Of a stretch of 64,000 nucleotides of DNA, positions 1 to 12,861 are shown piece by piece. Within the stretch, counting starts at the first letter, position 1; the number at the start of each line of letters is the position of its first letter. Position numbers and translations under genes: made by a program. This stretch comes from Amoebophrya sp. A120 (lineage: Eukaryota > Protista > Dinoflagellata): positions 5,474,757 through 5,538,756 of the forward strand of contig CAJINV010000001.1 of the NCBI GenBank assembly GCA_905178155.1. The letters are read 5' to 3'. The notes beneath the pieces were generated by a model. It was not told the origin of the DNA. It was given only the letters and a program-made list of their open reading frames with translations, and made no database searches.

Positions 1-32
1 TGTCTTACTGATGGGACGTAGTATTTTTTCAG

Positions 33-3000
33 CTTGATAGGAACACGGTAACGGACATCGAGACAGCGATCAGGGACGGAGCGCGGATGGGCTTGTCGCA
101 GCGTATCGCACTGCAAAATTGACAGCCCACAAAAAGATCGGTATACTCTGTGTTTTGCATGGTCAGTAGTGCAGCATGTGCCGATCATGATCAGCATTTA
201 TTGTTCTATGCGAAATAGGCGAGCGCTTCAGGCGATTCGATGACAGTGTAACAAGTTCTGCTCCGCAACAAACGTTTGCAGATAGTCTGTTTGTTGCCAA
301 TCAGTATACGAATGAAGAAAGGCTGTGCTTTGCTTTGCGATACCGCACTCGATGGACAAGATTTTGTTCAAAGAGGGTCAGAACACACCTGCGGTCGTAA
401 CTGCAATCTCTGATTTTATCAACAGCGAGGGCCCGGAGAAGCTTCTGCAGGGCTTTGAAATTATGCTGGGTGAGGAAGCGGCGAACGCGATGGATGTGGT
501 AAATATGGACGGCGTTTTGGGCATGGCGAAGAATTTTTTCTCCGACGACACTGTTGCAACGAAATTGTCCAAGGCCGTGAGCGCCCTGGAAAACACCGCG
601 ATCGTGGGCGAAGTGATGAATCAAGTGAAGCAGGCCGTTCTGATTCAAACCGAGAAGGCCAAAACTCTGAGCCCGACGAGTGTCATTCAGGAGGCGTACA
701 TCGACGGTGCCGTCAGCTTCGCCCAGGTGTTGGACTTCAGCAAGAATACCGAGTTGCATGAAAATGTGCTGATGTTCGTGGATGTCGTTGAGGGAAACGA
801 ATGTAACGACGAAAATGGATCTCCGAAAAAAGAAATCTTTACCGGGGCTACGTGTGTGGAGCTGCAGGGTGTTATGCAGAACGTCTTGGGTGTCGGCAAG
901 GCCCTTGACGAGGCCTTGGGCGGCATCGTGTCGGCCAATCTCCTTCTTGGTGAGTCCGGCCTTCAGTATCCGCCCTTTGGGTCGCCCGTGGCGGATGTTC
1001 TTGCCGGTTTGGTGGACAAGGAAACGGACAAACTGCTGCTGGAAAATACGCAGGTGAACCAGAACATCGTGAACATGCAAGTCGGGAACCTTGCCCAGGA
1101 CATGCTCACCGCCACCCTGGGGAAAGAGTAGTGGCTTTTTAGTTGTTGCGTATACACAAAGTTTTCATCCTGCAAAGTTTTTTAGTTGTCGCGTCCGATG
1201 AAAAAGTTTTCATCCTTGTCTTTGCGAGCATGTCCACGTGTTTTTTTTTGACTGGGCAGGGAAGCCTTAAATACTATTCTAGGTCTGTTTGTGTTTGTGA
1301 GTTTTGAAGCTGTGAGAATCTGACTGATGACACCGCAGCCGTTCTTCTCTGCAGTGCGCACTTGCCACCTGACTTCGTTTGCTTGGCGAGTATTGGTTGC
1401 TGTTTGCTAATGTTGTTATCTTCATCGCTCGCAGGTTCGACACAGTGAAGGCCGCAGTGAAGGGCGCCGTTCCGGCAATGGGAGCTATATTCCAGGTTGT
1501 TGAGGACTTGGGGTTGGACAAGATGCTACTCCGAACTCTTCCGAAGCTTCTACGCATGGGGTATTTACTTACTTCAACTTGGCAGGCTGTTGGTACGGTA
1601 GAATGTCATTTTTTCACGGACACACTATAAGTTAAGATCACAATTGCATGCACGCCTTGAAATCTGAACCTGGATGCAGTTGGTCTGAGCATAATTGTAA
1701 CACGAGGCTCGAAAGATCCGTCACTCAAAAGGATTCTAATGTCCCAGATTTGATGCGATGTTTGAGTACGGACCGTCCTGGATGCGGGCGATGGTGCAGA
1801 ACCTCGGTGGTTTTTCTGGGGCCGTGGATCTGTTTTTCAAGACCGCGGAGCTGCTGAGTCCGAAGGTCTGGCCGCAGTTGATGGGGGGTCTGCAGAGACT
1901 CTTCAGTGGTGAGTTACTCCAGGACATGGAATGCTCCTTGGAGGTTCTGCGCAAGACCCTGTACGTCGAGATGGGGTGGCATTTCTACCCAGCAGACGAC
2001 ACCGCGAACAAGGTTCCTTGCCAGGAGGTCGGCGTGCAGTACGCGCACCTGGCCATGCCCGACCCGGACAACACAAATCAGGAGCTGCTCGCGACCACGG
2101 AGCACGACTGGTGGGCGTGCCGCGAAAAGTGCGCCAACTTCCAGCACATGCACAACAAGGGCACCAAGTGTACCTACTTCAGCTTCTGGAACGTGGAGCG
2201 CCGGTGCTACCTGCAGAATGCGGACGCGCGCATGGCCTGGAACAATGCGCAGGGATGGGTGACCGGCGTGACGGACGGCATTGTGGAAGGTGAGGTGAAC
2301 CCTTCTTTGTCCCGGCGGTACAGCAGCATTAAAACGAAGAGCAGCAGTCTATTGGAGGGCGTTGATTTCGGGCTGTTGGGCCACCTGCATCACTCGTTCG
2401 GGGAGTGGAACAGCCACACCGGCTGGGTCCCGAAAGACGACGATGGCACCGACGGTGTCAGCGGGATTACGCTGCTGGATGAGGAGCTGCTGGAATCCGC
2501 CAAAGGATCGGGGAAGACGGGTGCCATCTACCATCCGTGGATGGTCATTGACCTCGAGGAGCCCATGGTGGTATTGGGCGTGCAGATCCAGCGCCGAGCG
2601 GCGACGGACCTGGAAAACGGCAACGAGTACGTTAGCATCGTCCGGGTGTCCACGTCCATGACCGAGCCCATTTTTCCGCCGGTCAATGCGGGGCTTGGCG
2701 CATGGGGCAATCAGCTGCGCCCCTCGCAGGCTGTTAACACGGCCATGCAGACCGACGTGCTCAGCGATGCCGAAGCAGAACGCGAGAAAAAGTTTGGCGA
2801 TGCATCCTCGTTTTTGCAGCGAGAAGAAGCCGAGGAAGAGGAGTTGCACGAAGTGGTCCAGCAGATGCTGCAGTCCTCCAATGACACTCTTGCCTCGCGG
2901 GAGCAATTGGTTCGCAAGATTCAAGAGCTCGAGCACAGTCGCAACGCTGCGACCGAGCGCGAAGACCCCAGCGTTCTGCTGCAACTGCACGGCACGAGCG

Positions 3001-5057
3001 GCGCGTCGCTGCTGCAGGCCGAGAAGAAGAATGCACAACAAGGCGATGCGCAAGTCGAGGTTCTAACCGCTGGGAGCTTTAAGAACGACGGCACCACGTT
3101 GGAGCTGTCTCCGTACAAGATCGGAAACCTGGACTCCAACCTGTGGTGGACCGGCGATGACATCGACAAGCACGGGTGGGCTGACGTCCGATTCAAGCAG
3201 CACGTTGTGGCGCGCTACGTGAAGATCTTCGCGGTGCAGTGCAACAACCACTGCTCCATGCGGGCCCGCGTCCGCGTCATGAAGCGCGATGGCTGCTTCT
3301 TGCAGAACTTCTACACGGTGGACGGACACTGGGTGCGCGAGGAGAAGGGTTATCAGCTGGATGGCATCGCCGCTGTAGCGGGAACCCAAGAGGTCCGCGA
3401 TCATCTGCAGGGGAAGAAAGCCGACGGGAGCGTGTTGGAGTTCTCCAGTCCCGACGTAGCCAGTGCATCTCCCATGTCTTGCCAGCAGGCCTGCCAGGCT
3501 ACCGAGGGCTGCGAATACTTTACTTGGTTTGGGGAACCCGGACTTACCTCGTATGACAAGAGCTTCTTCGAGCCCGCAAAGTGCTACTTCATGGGCCGTG
3601 ACGCCGCCATTCTGCCACTGTGGGGGCGGCTGGCGTCGCCGAAGATGACCAAGATCCAGGGCGTGGATTGGCTCGGGCAGAGTAAGTCGGTGACGGGGTC
3701 TAAGTACTGCCGGTCCGCGCGGGACGGCCTGCACCTGCAGACAAGCAACCTGCGCGAGCGCGTGATCATGAACAACCCGCGCGAGTGCCAGAAGTTCTGC
3801 TTGGACATGCCCGGCTGCGACTTCTTCAGTTTCTGGGCGGACGGCGGCTGCCACGTGTACGGTAGAAGCGCAATCAAGGTCAAGAATACCTACGAGGCGG
3901 CGGAAGTGTACTCCGGCCCGGCCCAGTGCGACGGCGACAAAATCGCGCCGGAATTTCAAAAGGAGACGTGCGACCTCACCGCGAACGCGGACTCGCAACG
4001 CGCGGTCACGGGTGGTCCGCTGGGCAACCACGGCTGCTACGAGCCGGGGGTGCGGTATGGCGGCGGAAACCAAGGGGACAGCGTGGGCTCGTTTGAGGAC
4101 GGTGTGGGGTACCAGTACGGCACAAGCGTCATCTCGGACATCTACGCCGGGTCCGCGGAGGAGTGCCAGCTGCGGTGCGCCTCCACGCCGAAGTGTTACT
4201 TTTTCACGTTTCACTCCATGCTGCCCGGCTACTGCCATCTGCAGACGTACGACGCGCAGCGCGTCGTTTGGAACGCGAAGGCGCTGGAGGAGGCCCGGAC
4301 GGCGGCCGAGAACGGAGATACCAGCGCTGCCTGGTACGTGTCGGGCACCCGCGTGTGTCGTCACTACGAGGATTTCTCATTCACGGAGCACAACACCAAT
4401 GGCAAGCCCGAAGTGGGCGAAGGGAAGTGCCAGTGGCTGGAGGCATTTGACCTGTCTATCACGTGCGAGGATCTGAACGGGGACGACGTTTGGTTTACTG
4501 ATTCGTCTTTTGCTGAAATCACTGCTGCTGCCGCGAAATGCAAGGACACGCCTGAAGATGCTGAGAAGAAAACCAAGTGCGAAAAACTGTGTCTCCTTAC
4601 GGACCACTGCGACGCCTACTGGTTTGACGACGCCAGCAGTTCCTGCAAGGTCTACAAGGACTGCTCCGCCAAGCTGTCGGACTCGAGCGCTACTACCGAC
4701 GGCACTGCCGGGAAAACATACAGGTTGGATCTTTCTTTCCATGTCGGAAGCATGACCCTACCCGACGGGTGCGTCCAACCGCGCATTCCGGCCGGGCATC
4801 TCACAACGCTGAAAAAAGTGGAGGTGGACGACAAGCAAGGTGGAAGTGACGGAGGGGGTGAGTCATCGCAAAATGGGAATGGGACTTTGTCGAACATGAC
4901 TTTGTCGGGCGGTGCCAATGCCACCGCCGACGACGGAAGCCTCTGCTGTTCCTTTACGGAAATGAAGCACGACGCGGTCGGGGCGGAAAGCTTCGCGGAC
5001 ACTGCGGCGACCACCCCCGACGTGGAGCCAGAGGAAGCGGCAACCGTCCTGGTTTGA
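33..5057 (+). CDS. Large PAN/apple-domain + F5/8 type C (discoidin) domain protein, probable secreted/microneme-like adhesin (5' end likely upstream of window)
   Basis: Exons about 33-102, 347-1127, 1435-1560, 1748-5057; GT-AG introns 1128-1434 and 1561-1747 join in frame (GKE|FDTVK; RMG|FDAMF). Repeated C-x3-C-x5-C-x-F-[ST]-[FW] apple motifs (CQQACQATEGCEYFTW, CQKFCLDMPGCDFFSFW, CQLRCASTPKCYFFTF); discoidin motifs PWMVIDL...VQIQRR and ARYVKI...CSMRARV. Confidence 0.8.
103..346 (+). mobile_element. Inverted-repeat non-canonical intron (introner-like) in the PAN-domain gene
   Basis: GTATCGCActGCAAA from 103 pairs with TTTGCttTGCGATAC ending 343 (13/15), plus ACAGCC/GGCTGT further in. The upstream frame (LDRNTVTDIETAIRDGARMGLSQ) joins the 325 ORF (HSMDKILF) if 244 nt are removed. 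Confidence 0.5.
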
Positions 5058-6408
5058 GCAAGTACATGGTGCGAGTTTTTTTTCATTCCCGTTTGATGAT
5101 TTGCGTCAGATGGGTAGTGCTGGGTTGCAGCACTTACTTTATTCAAGAAGAAAAGAGTTTACTCTGTTACTGTTTTATTTTTCTTGCAGCTCTTGCGCAG
5201 TACCATCAGGTTTGATCATTCTCAAGGGTAGTACATATTTGTAAACTTTCGAAACATCGGAAAAATTTGTTTTCATGTGTGAAATTGAGTTTTGGTCTTG
5301 CACGATAACTGCCATATTAAAGTCCAGATAGAATCACATGTTTGACTTAGTCATTTAGAAAACTCCCACTACACAGGCACTCAAGTGGTCGCACACTCAG
5401 TAATTTTCGTAGTCTACTGTTTCGCTTTCGCAAAGTTTTGTTCGTGCGAGAATGACTTTTTCTGCACGATGAAACTGCCATAGTTTCACGTCAGGCTTCC
5501 ACGTTGCATCCAAAAAAATCAAGATCCCTGTTTCATCACTCATCGAAGCCGCACATACTAAAGTTCCTTAAGTAAATGCATTTTAGAAATCTATTGTTTC
5601 CGTTTCGCCATCGCAAAGTTTTGTTCGAGGTGTGCCAAATTTCAACAGACCCCCAGAAAAACCCCTAGAAACACCCCCAGACTCCTCCGGAAATGCCCCA
5701 GAGTTGTTTTGCAAAAAGCACAGGAAGTGCTTGCTTCTGCTTGAGGGTGCCTGCCTTGAACACCCAAGCAGAACTTTCATCGTATCTGAGACGAAAGCAG
5801 CCGAAGTATGTACTTACATGCATATGCAAGCAGCATCTGGAATGAAGGTATTTTCTACATTGCGCCACCTGCTTCTCAAGGAGGACCTTCGCTGGATCCT
5901 CTCCCAGTGTACGACAGATCGCTGCTCGTCTGTGTTCGACGAGTACTAGCTTTTTTTTTCGATCACCAGTTGCTCGTACGTAGTTGATCTATTACATCAC
6001 GATGCACGACATCTACTTTTTGGCGATCAAAAGCATATAGATTTCTAGCCCCATGAAGTTCTCGCAAAAACAAATGGATCCGCTTTTTGTGTCAGCCGAT
6101 GTCCTTGTTTCATGTTGAGCAGCGGTTTTTCCTGCATTTTTTTAAGAGAATTACATCATTTTTGCTTTTGACCATAATGAATACCGAGCATTTTACATTG
6201 TGCTAGTAGGCCCTGGAGCGTACAACTACTGAGCTTGCAACATTATTGAGCAGACATATAGAACAGAGCGTAGTCGAAGTCGACGACACGGACACGCATA
6301 TGCAAAGTGACTGGACTACTTGAGTTGCTGCTCCTGCAACGGTAAACACATCACCTTCGGCGCGGAAAGAAAATTGCCTGCTGCAAACTGAATTTGCCGT
6401 ACCCAGAG

Positions 6409-8931
6409 ATGTTGTGCGTCACGGGGAAGAGCCTAGGTTTCTTTCGTGTGCTTGTTCTGTTGGTCTGCTATGGCATCGAGCAAAATGTCATAGGGGCAGT
6501 AGTTGGCGGCACAGTTCCGCTAGTGCGGCCGGACGAGCTGCACAGTGTTTTCTGCTATCGCCCTCGGCGCGCTCTGAAGTGTCGCTCAGTTCTGAAGCTG
6601 TGCGTGGCCGCGTCAGCATTACTAGGGGGCAACAAGAACCCGGGCGGTCCCCGCAGCACAAACTGCTTGGAGTACCAAGCAAGTGGCGCGCAGTCTTCTT
6701 GGGCATTAAGAACAATCGATGACACAAATTTTTCAGCAGGAACTGACGCAGGCGAGTGCACTGCGACTTTGCCGAACAAATCCATGTTTGCGAGCTGGAA
6801 TAAAGGCACAACCTCACCGCTCATGACTACAGAACGACCATTCGCAGTGAACAATAGCGAAGAATGGATAAGCGCAGCCAGAGCGGATACGAATGCCAAT
6901 GTCAAAGGAACAGGGAGTGACGGTAGTTCAACAGCACCAAAAAGACGCAGCACGCAAGATCCACCAGTGTTGCGTCCCTCGCCAAGGGATGTGCGGCTGG
7001 CGGAGCGGCTACTCAACGAGCGCAGCAGTGGATGCTTTCGGACGGGAGGTTCCGGGCTGGTTGCAGCTGTTCTGCGACATACGCAGGCAGAGGCAGATGA
7101 TCTTTATGCGGACGAAAGAGGGCAAAAGAACTACAACTTCCCTGCGGAAAAGGAGCATTCTGTTTCGGACGAGCCTGCTTCGGCAAAAATCCCTTTCTCC
7201 TCCTCGACGAGTTCGGTAGTGGAGCCGGATCTGGAGCGGCTGTGGTCGGAGTTTTTGGTGCCGCAGCTTCTCGATGACCAGGCGGGGTTGCTGTACGCCA
7301 AACCCCGGGTGACCCAACTGAAAACCGCCGTGCAGAAGTGTCTGGCCTTGGGCGCCGCGCCGACCCAGCTGGAGGCCTGCTTCCACATGGACGTGGTGCC
7401 GCGCGTCACGGAGCTGAGCAACGTGTTGGCTGCCACGGTGTCGCACGCGTTCGATCTCTACAGTGTGGACTGGTCGCTTTTTGGTAAGGACGCGCTGCGG
7501 GCCGCGTTAAGGGATGTGGTGTGCGAAGAGGTAAAAGTAAAAGGCGAGAAGGATTCTACTTCCGCAGCCGATGCGAAGGACCTGGAGAAAAAACAAGCAG
7601 CGGAGCACGAGCAGCCGAAAAATCGAGCGGGGGCGCGGCAGGGGGCGCATCTTTCGTTGTTGCAGACGAAGAATAAATTTCGCGGCTCGACAAGCACCTC
7701 GACTGCAGAAGACTGGAGGCGTGGGGCGGTAACAAGTACACTTTCGCCACGGGTGCCGGCTTTGTCTAAAGTGGAAACCGCTCCTCGTGAATACCAGCAG
7801 TTCAAGTTTTTGGACGTTGTTGGCGGTGGAAATGAAGATGTTGATGAGCATCAAGACGAGATCTTCTCAGCGGCGTTGGAACAGTGTGCCGCCGAGCTCT
7901 CGAAAATGAATCTCGCGGTTGGGCATATTTCGCCCGCGCTGCAGAAATCTTCCGGGAAACGCAGCGATGCTACAGCGTTGAAGCGCCGAAAATTGACACA
8001 TCTTGGTGTGCTCGCACGTCCTTTCTCGCGCTTGCCGCGCAGGAAAACTCGTGGCGATCCCAGCCTCACGGAGAAAAGTAGAAAGGGAAAAATGCCGTAT
8101 CAGGAAAAAGTGCGCAACGGCAGCGGCCACGAACGCGGAAAGAAAGCGGTACGAGAACGCAGAAGCTTTTGGGCGCGGGACCAGTTTTGCAGCCTGCGAA
8201 GATCTGAAGATCCCGTCGAGGTGGATATTAGTGCTGCACAAGCGGATCGGGGTACATCAACATCCGGTGTTTTGAATCCAGTAGGACGAGCATCCTCCAA
8301 TGGGAAGGTTTCGACTTCGTCCTCCGCGGCGGCAGCCTCCCCCTGCCCGTTGACAGACTTTCTTCTCGAGGGCGTCGCGGCTTTTGAGGCGCGCCATGCG
8401 GGTTTTGTGCCGAGGGGGAACGCGCGTTTCGACGTGCGGCGCCAGTTGGTTCACGTGGGCGAGGACAGCGTGCGGCAGGGACTGGCCGGCCTGCTGAATG
8501 CGCTTGAAATCGCCGAGGAGGTCATCGACGAGCTGAGCGACTTGCTGGACTTGAAGGACGATGTTCTTGCGAAAGGAGTCACATCTACTTCGTCCGGTGC
8601 TGTAGACGAGCGGAGTAAGAAGAAGACGAAAAATACCGCCGCCCTCCGGAAAGATGAACAAAAACGACAGCAGGCACGGTTAGAGGCGAAGCTCCGGAGG
8701 CTCAAGTTTCTGACGGAGGTTCAGCGCGAGGGGAGGGAGAGGAAGGACGGAATGGTGGGAACCGCGGAGCGAGAAACTTGGTTGGACTATTTGAAAACCG
8801 GCACTTTGGAGATTACGGCGGCATATGCCGCAATGTTCATCGTCATGAAGGTCTACCAGCATCCTGTGGTTCTGCGAGTGCCGCGACGCGCCCTTTCGAA
8901 TCCAGTTTTCCTCACGTTCGGAAACCTGTGA
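6409..8931 (+). CDS. Hypothetical protein, possible N-terminal signal/TM segment and C-terminal coiled coil + hydrophobic segment
   Basis: 845-aa ORF with coding-like composition, first ATG at 6409; no family recognised. Confidence 0.6.
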   Translation: MLCVTGKSLGFFRVLVLLVCYGIEQNVIGAVVGGTVPLVRPDELHSVFCYRPRRALKCRSVLKLCVAASALLGGNKNPGGPRSTNCLEYQASGAQSSWALRTIDDTNFSAGTDAGECTATLPNKSMFASWNKGTTSPLMTTERPFAVNNSEEWISAARADTNANVKGTGSDGSSTAPKRRSTQDPPVLRPSPRDVRLAERLLNERSSGCFRTGGSGLVAAVLRHTQAEADDLYADERGQKNYNFPAEKEHSVSDEPASAKIPFSSSTSSVVEPDLERLWSEFLVPQLLDDQAGLLYAKPRVTQLKTAVQKCLALGAAPTQLEACFHMDVVPRVTELSNVLAATVSHAFDLYSVDWSLFGKDALRAALRDVVCEEVKVKGEKDSTSAADAKDLEKKQAAEHEQPKNRAGARQGAHLSLLQTKNKFRGSTSTSTAEDWRRGAVTSTLSPRVPALSKVETAPREYQQFKFLDVVGGGNEDVDEHQDEIFSAALEQCAAELSKMNLAVGHISPALQKSSGKRSDATALKRRKLTHLGVLARPFSRLPRRKTRGDPSLTEKSRKGKMPYQEKVRNGSGHERGKKAVRERRSFWARDQFCSLRRSEDPVEVDISAAQADRGTSTSGVLNPVGRASSNGKVSTSSSAAAASPCPLTDFLLEGVAAFEARHAGFVPRGNARFDVRRQLVHVGEDSVRQGLAGLLNALEIAEEVIDELSDLLDLKDDVLAKGVTSTSSGAVDERSKKKTKNTAALRKDEQKRQQARLEAKLRRLKFLTEVQREGRERKDGMVGTAERETWLDYLKTGTLEITAAYAAMFIVMKVYQHPVVLRVPRRALSNPVFLTFGNL

Positions 8932-10090
8932 GGAGTGCGGAGAAAGGAACCGATCCAGTGAAAGAACTACTGTGACGGAGAAGGATCATGAAACTGTACG
9001 GATTATGATCCAGCGCCCGGCCGGAATCTGTGCTCACATCATCCCGCCAGTAGCCACAATCCACCGCTCTTCTACGTATACTAGAAGGGTCATGATCATG
9101 CTACGGGACGAGAGCGGCATTCGGCGGTAGTTCTCGGTTGTGTTGCTGTTTTCATTTGCTACTACAACTGCATGGACGCACTTGCATTGCTGTACTAGGC
9201 TTTTTATATTTCGTGCAGTATAGTACTGCAGCTTGTTGATGACGCTATCGCTAGCCTAGGCCTCTTCTAACGAAACTATTTTATCGAAGCCGTCACTTGA
9301 CTTGTACTTTTTTTCGCGCCGCAATGGCTGGCAATCAAGACGGCAGAAGGTCATTTTCGCTGGTGCCTCTGGATGATGTAGAAGTGGCAGGTCACTGTTT
9401 TTCGCATTTCTTGAGCACAAAAAATTTACGCTTTTATGATTCATTTATAACTCTTGTTCGAAATCGAATCAAGGACCTCTTTTTCATAGCACTACGACAG
9501 CTGCATTTAGGGAATACATACCATATGACGCAAAAAATTGTTGGAGTAACAAGCGGCAGCTTTTTATGTCTCTGAACTTTTTTTGTTTTATTTCATTTTT
9601 TCGCGCACATAGTTCTTTAAGTTCTTCTGCTCTACTGGAGGTCGCGAATTTATTTGCTCCGCAGTGCTGGTGAATAACAAGAACTATTTGATTCAACGGA
9701 AAACATATCAAAATGATGTTTAGAAAGTATGTTGAACAAGACAAAACGCAAAAGATAAGTACGTTGCTTCTTGCTCGGTTTGTACAACGTTATTTGATGC
9801 ACGACCCGTGGTACTTACAAGAACAGTGTCAAACCGGTCTTCCAGCTTGACTCCCGTGCGTTTCATCTTCTGCTTTTGTTCTTTCTTCCGAGCAGAAGAT
9901 GATTGATTCACTGATAGTGTGCGTATGAGAGCGGAACTGTGGGAGTTTTTTTGTCTTGTTCGCACGACATAAAGATCTTTGGCAGGTTACAGTAGCTGTT
10001 CTACTTCTTCATCTCCCGGCGAAGCACCTGTCGCGGATATTCCGCTAATATCCATGCTAGTTTCATAACCAGCCCCGTGTGTATCATATC

Positions 10091-12207
10091 ATGGGCAACT
10101 TGCTTTTTGGCGATGCTGCTTGGGGACCGGGTGGGGCTGGTAGTGGAACAACGGGAAACTCGTTTTTCACGAGGCCTCGGACGCTCGAGGACGACTATGA
10201 TGTGCAGCGGATACGGCACGGACGGCGCTACCCGCTCGGGTCCGGCACTATGGGTGAGGTCTGGCCGGCCACGCACAAGAGGTCGCGCGAGGTGCGGGTG
10301 GTGAAATCCATACCGAAGCGGGCCGCCTCCGCGCGCGCCGTGCAAAACGAGGTCGAGCTGCTGAAGCTTTGCCGGGATTCCTGGGGCATGATGTTGGGCG
10401 GATCAAGTTCACCCGGTCCAAGAGGAGCCGCCGCGTATGGACGAGCCACCACGCGACCTCCGCAGCAGTCTCAGGTCGTGCGGGAAATGCCGATCGTGTA
10501 CTACTACGAGCAATTTGAGGAAAAGCTGCGGTGGCATCTCGTGCTGGAGTGCGTCCCGACGACGCTGGAGGACCATCTGGACTCGCCGTATTTGAAGCGC
10601 GACGAGTCGTTGGTCGCCCTTTGGGTGGTGCAGATGCTCGACGCCCTCCTCTTTCTGCACAACTACCTGAGCATCGTGCACCGCGACCTGAAACCCGCGA
10701 ATTTCCTCGTGCAGGGCAGCCGGATCAAGCTCGCGGATTTCGGGGTGGCCATGCGCGTCGGGACCAGCGGGCGGGGAGGTAGCGCAGCGTTGGACGCCGG
10801 TGTTCTAGGACCAGGGATGAGCAATCCTTTGCTGACCTCGGTTGCGAACCTAGCGTCCCAAACCGCTGAGTCCATGACGACGATGTGGCAGGAGCCGGGC
10901 GGCTGGCTGGCGCAAAATCTGCAGGAAACTTTTACCGGGAGTGGCGTTTCCGACGCGGATGCGGACGCGGAGATCATGCGACAAATCGAGAAAAACTGGA
11001 AAGACCACGGAGCTACAAATCAGGGGTGCGTTCATGGTGCAGCAAAAAACCCGAACATGTCCTTTGTCGACCCAAATAACCAAAGCGCCGGAGGGGTCCT
11101 CGACTTGGTGTCATCTTCTGAGAAAGAAAAAGCAAAAAGCGCCGAAATAGCACATCGGCCGCTCTCCTCCCAGTCGCCACAGAACAAGCTTGACGTGCAG
11201 CTCACGGAACTTGCCGGTTCCCCGGCCTACATGGCGCCGGAGCAGCATCGCGTCGCGCTCCGGCACGCGGACACGTCATACTCGTACGGTGTGGATGTGT
11301 GGGCGTTGGGTGTGGTGGTCTACATACTGTTCACCAATCAGCACCCGTTTACCAAGCCGGGGGAGACGAACGTGCGCGAAGCGCTGAAAACGGTACAATG
11401 ATTTCTTATGGTAGTTCGGACTCGGAGCTTTGTGACTCACTTAGCATGAGGCTATTAATATCAAATAGCGACGCCATGCTGCAGATAGTCGAGTCGGGTT
11501 GTTCCATCGTGCACAGTGTGACCGACGCACTGCAACTGTATCTCGCTACTTATTCCAAAATGTTAATGTTGACCTTAGGCGACGGCCACCATGCAAGAGA
11601 TCGCGAGCGGCGGGGACGGCGCGCCCATTCCGCCGCTGGATATCAAGGGCGAGCTTTCCATGCTGCACCTGTTCAATGCAGTGTTTCGTTACCCGCAGAA
11701 GATCCCGGAGATCGCGAGGAACTTTGTCGTGTCCGCCTGCTACCCATGTCCGCAACAGCGGTGGAGTGCGACGATGCTGCGGCGGCACGCCTGGTTGGGC
11801 GGCGATTTGTATGAAGAGGAATTAGCAGAAAACTTAAAACTCGTTCCTATGGGCACGCACGGCGCGTGGGATACGTACGCGAATGTGCCGCATGGAAACG
11901 GTATAGTTGCGGGCTGTTTCTGGTATGACATTTGTGACGCTCGTCTGCTGCGGTTCTATTCGGCATTGTTGGGTGAACATCAAATCACAGCTGCACTAAT
12001 TGTTTGATGCTTTTTATCACCTGCGCTCACTCGTCGCCCGCTACAACAGGTTTTGTCAATCCGGTTATCGCGAAGTGGGCGGCGGATCCCCGGGAAGGTT
12101 GTTTCATGGGATGCGTGCACGAGTCCCGCGTGGGTCAGCGCGGAAGTGAGCAAATAATTGTGCCAGAGGATCAAACGTGCTACCCGCAAACGTATGACGC
12201 GAGCTGA
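10091..12207 (+). CDS. Ser/Thr protein kinase (CAMK-like) with long activation-segment insertion
   Basis: LGSGTMGEV, VVKSI, HRDLKPAN, DFG, GSPAYMAPE, DVWALG. Exons 10091-11392, 11579-11900, 12050-12207 with in-frame GT-AG introns. MGN start could be myristoylated. Confidence 0.88.
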
Positions 12208-12861
12208 AGAATGAAGATGAACGAGCTGAACATCGAAACTTGTACGATTTGTGAGTGTATAAAATACTCGAAAACTTACCGCCATTCTAGTTTCAAGGTA
12301 GAAAAATGTACGTCACCCCGACTGCGCATGTAAGATTTGAAGCTGAATTCAAGATATCAATCCACACGAAAAGTGCTTGCATCGCACCGGACGGAGTCAT
12401 CCAGTATCATAGGCTCTCGCTCTCTGCGCCAAATAGTGCGCGATGGCATGTTCTACCTTTTTGCTGCTCCTCACGTACATGATAATGTGGGTGCTTGTGA
12501 GTGAAGTGAGAAGAAAAGAGGGGCCCTGGTCAGCGGTCTGTTCTTCCAGGAGCATGAAGCTCATATTCATTTTATGGTTTGCCTGCATGATCATGTAGCT
12601 CGCGGGCACGCCGGCCCTTGAAATCCGACACGAAACCAAGATGGAACTACGGTTTTCGGGCAACAAACTTCTGAAGAGGAGGGTAGAGGCAAAACCCACT
12701 GGCCGCACATCTCCTGTGCGACGCTTCGACTGATTCTGCTGTGTTGCGTTTTTTCGTTTAAGCGGCCGAGTACTAAGAGTACCCTTACGATTTTGCCGGC
12801 ACCGGCGTGTTAGTGGACTTAGTTTTCTTTACGGAACCCGCGGGGAAAAACATCTGTAGCC

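Noticed and set aside
1135-1220. Short repeats AAAGTTTT(T)CATCCT and TTTTTAGTTGT.GCGT in intron 1128-1434
   Set aside because: A small local duplication inside a canonical intron with no TIR or TSD.
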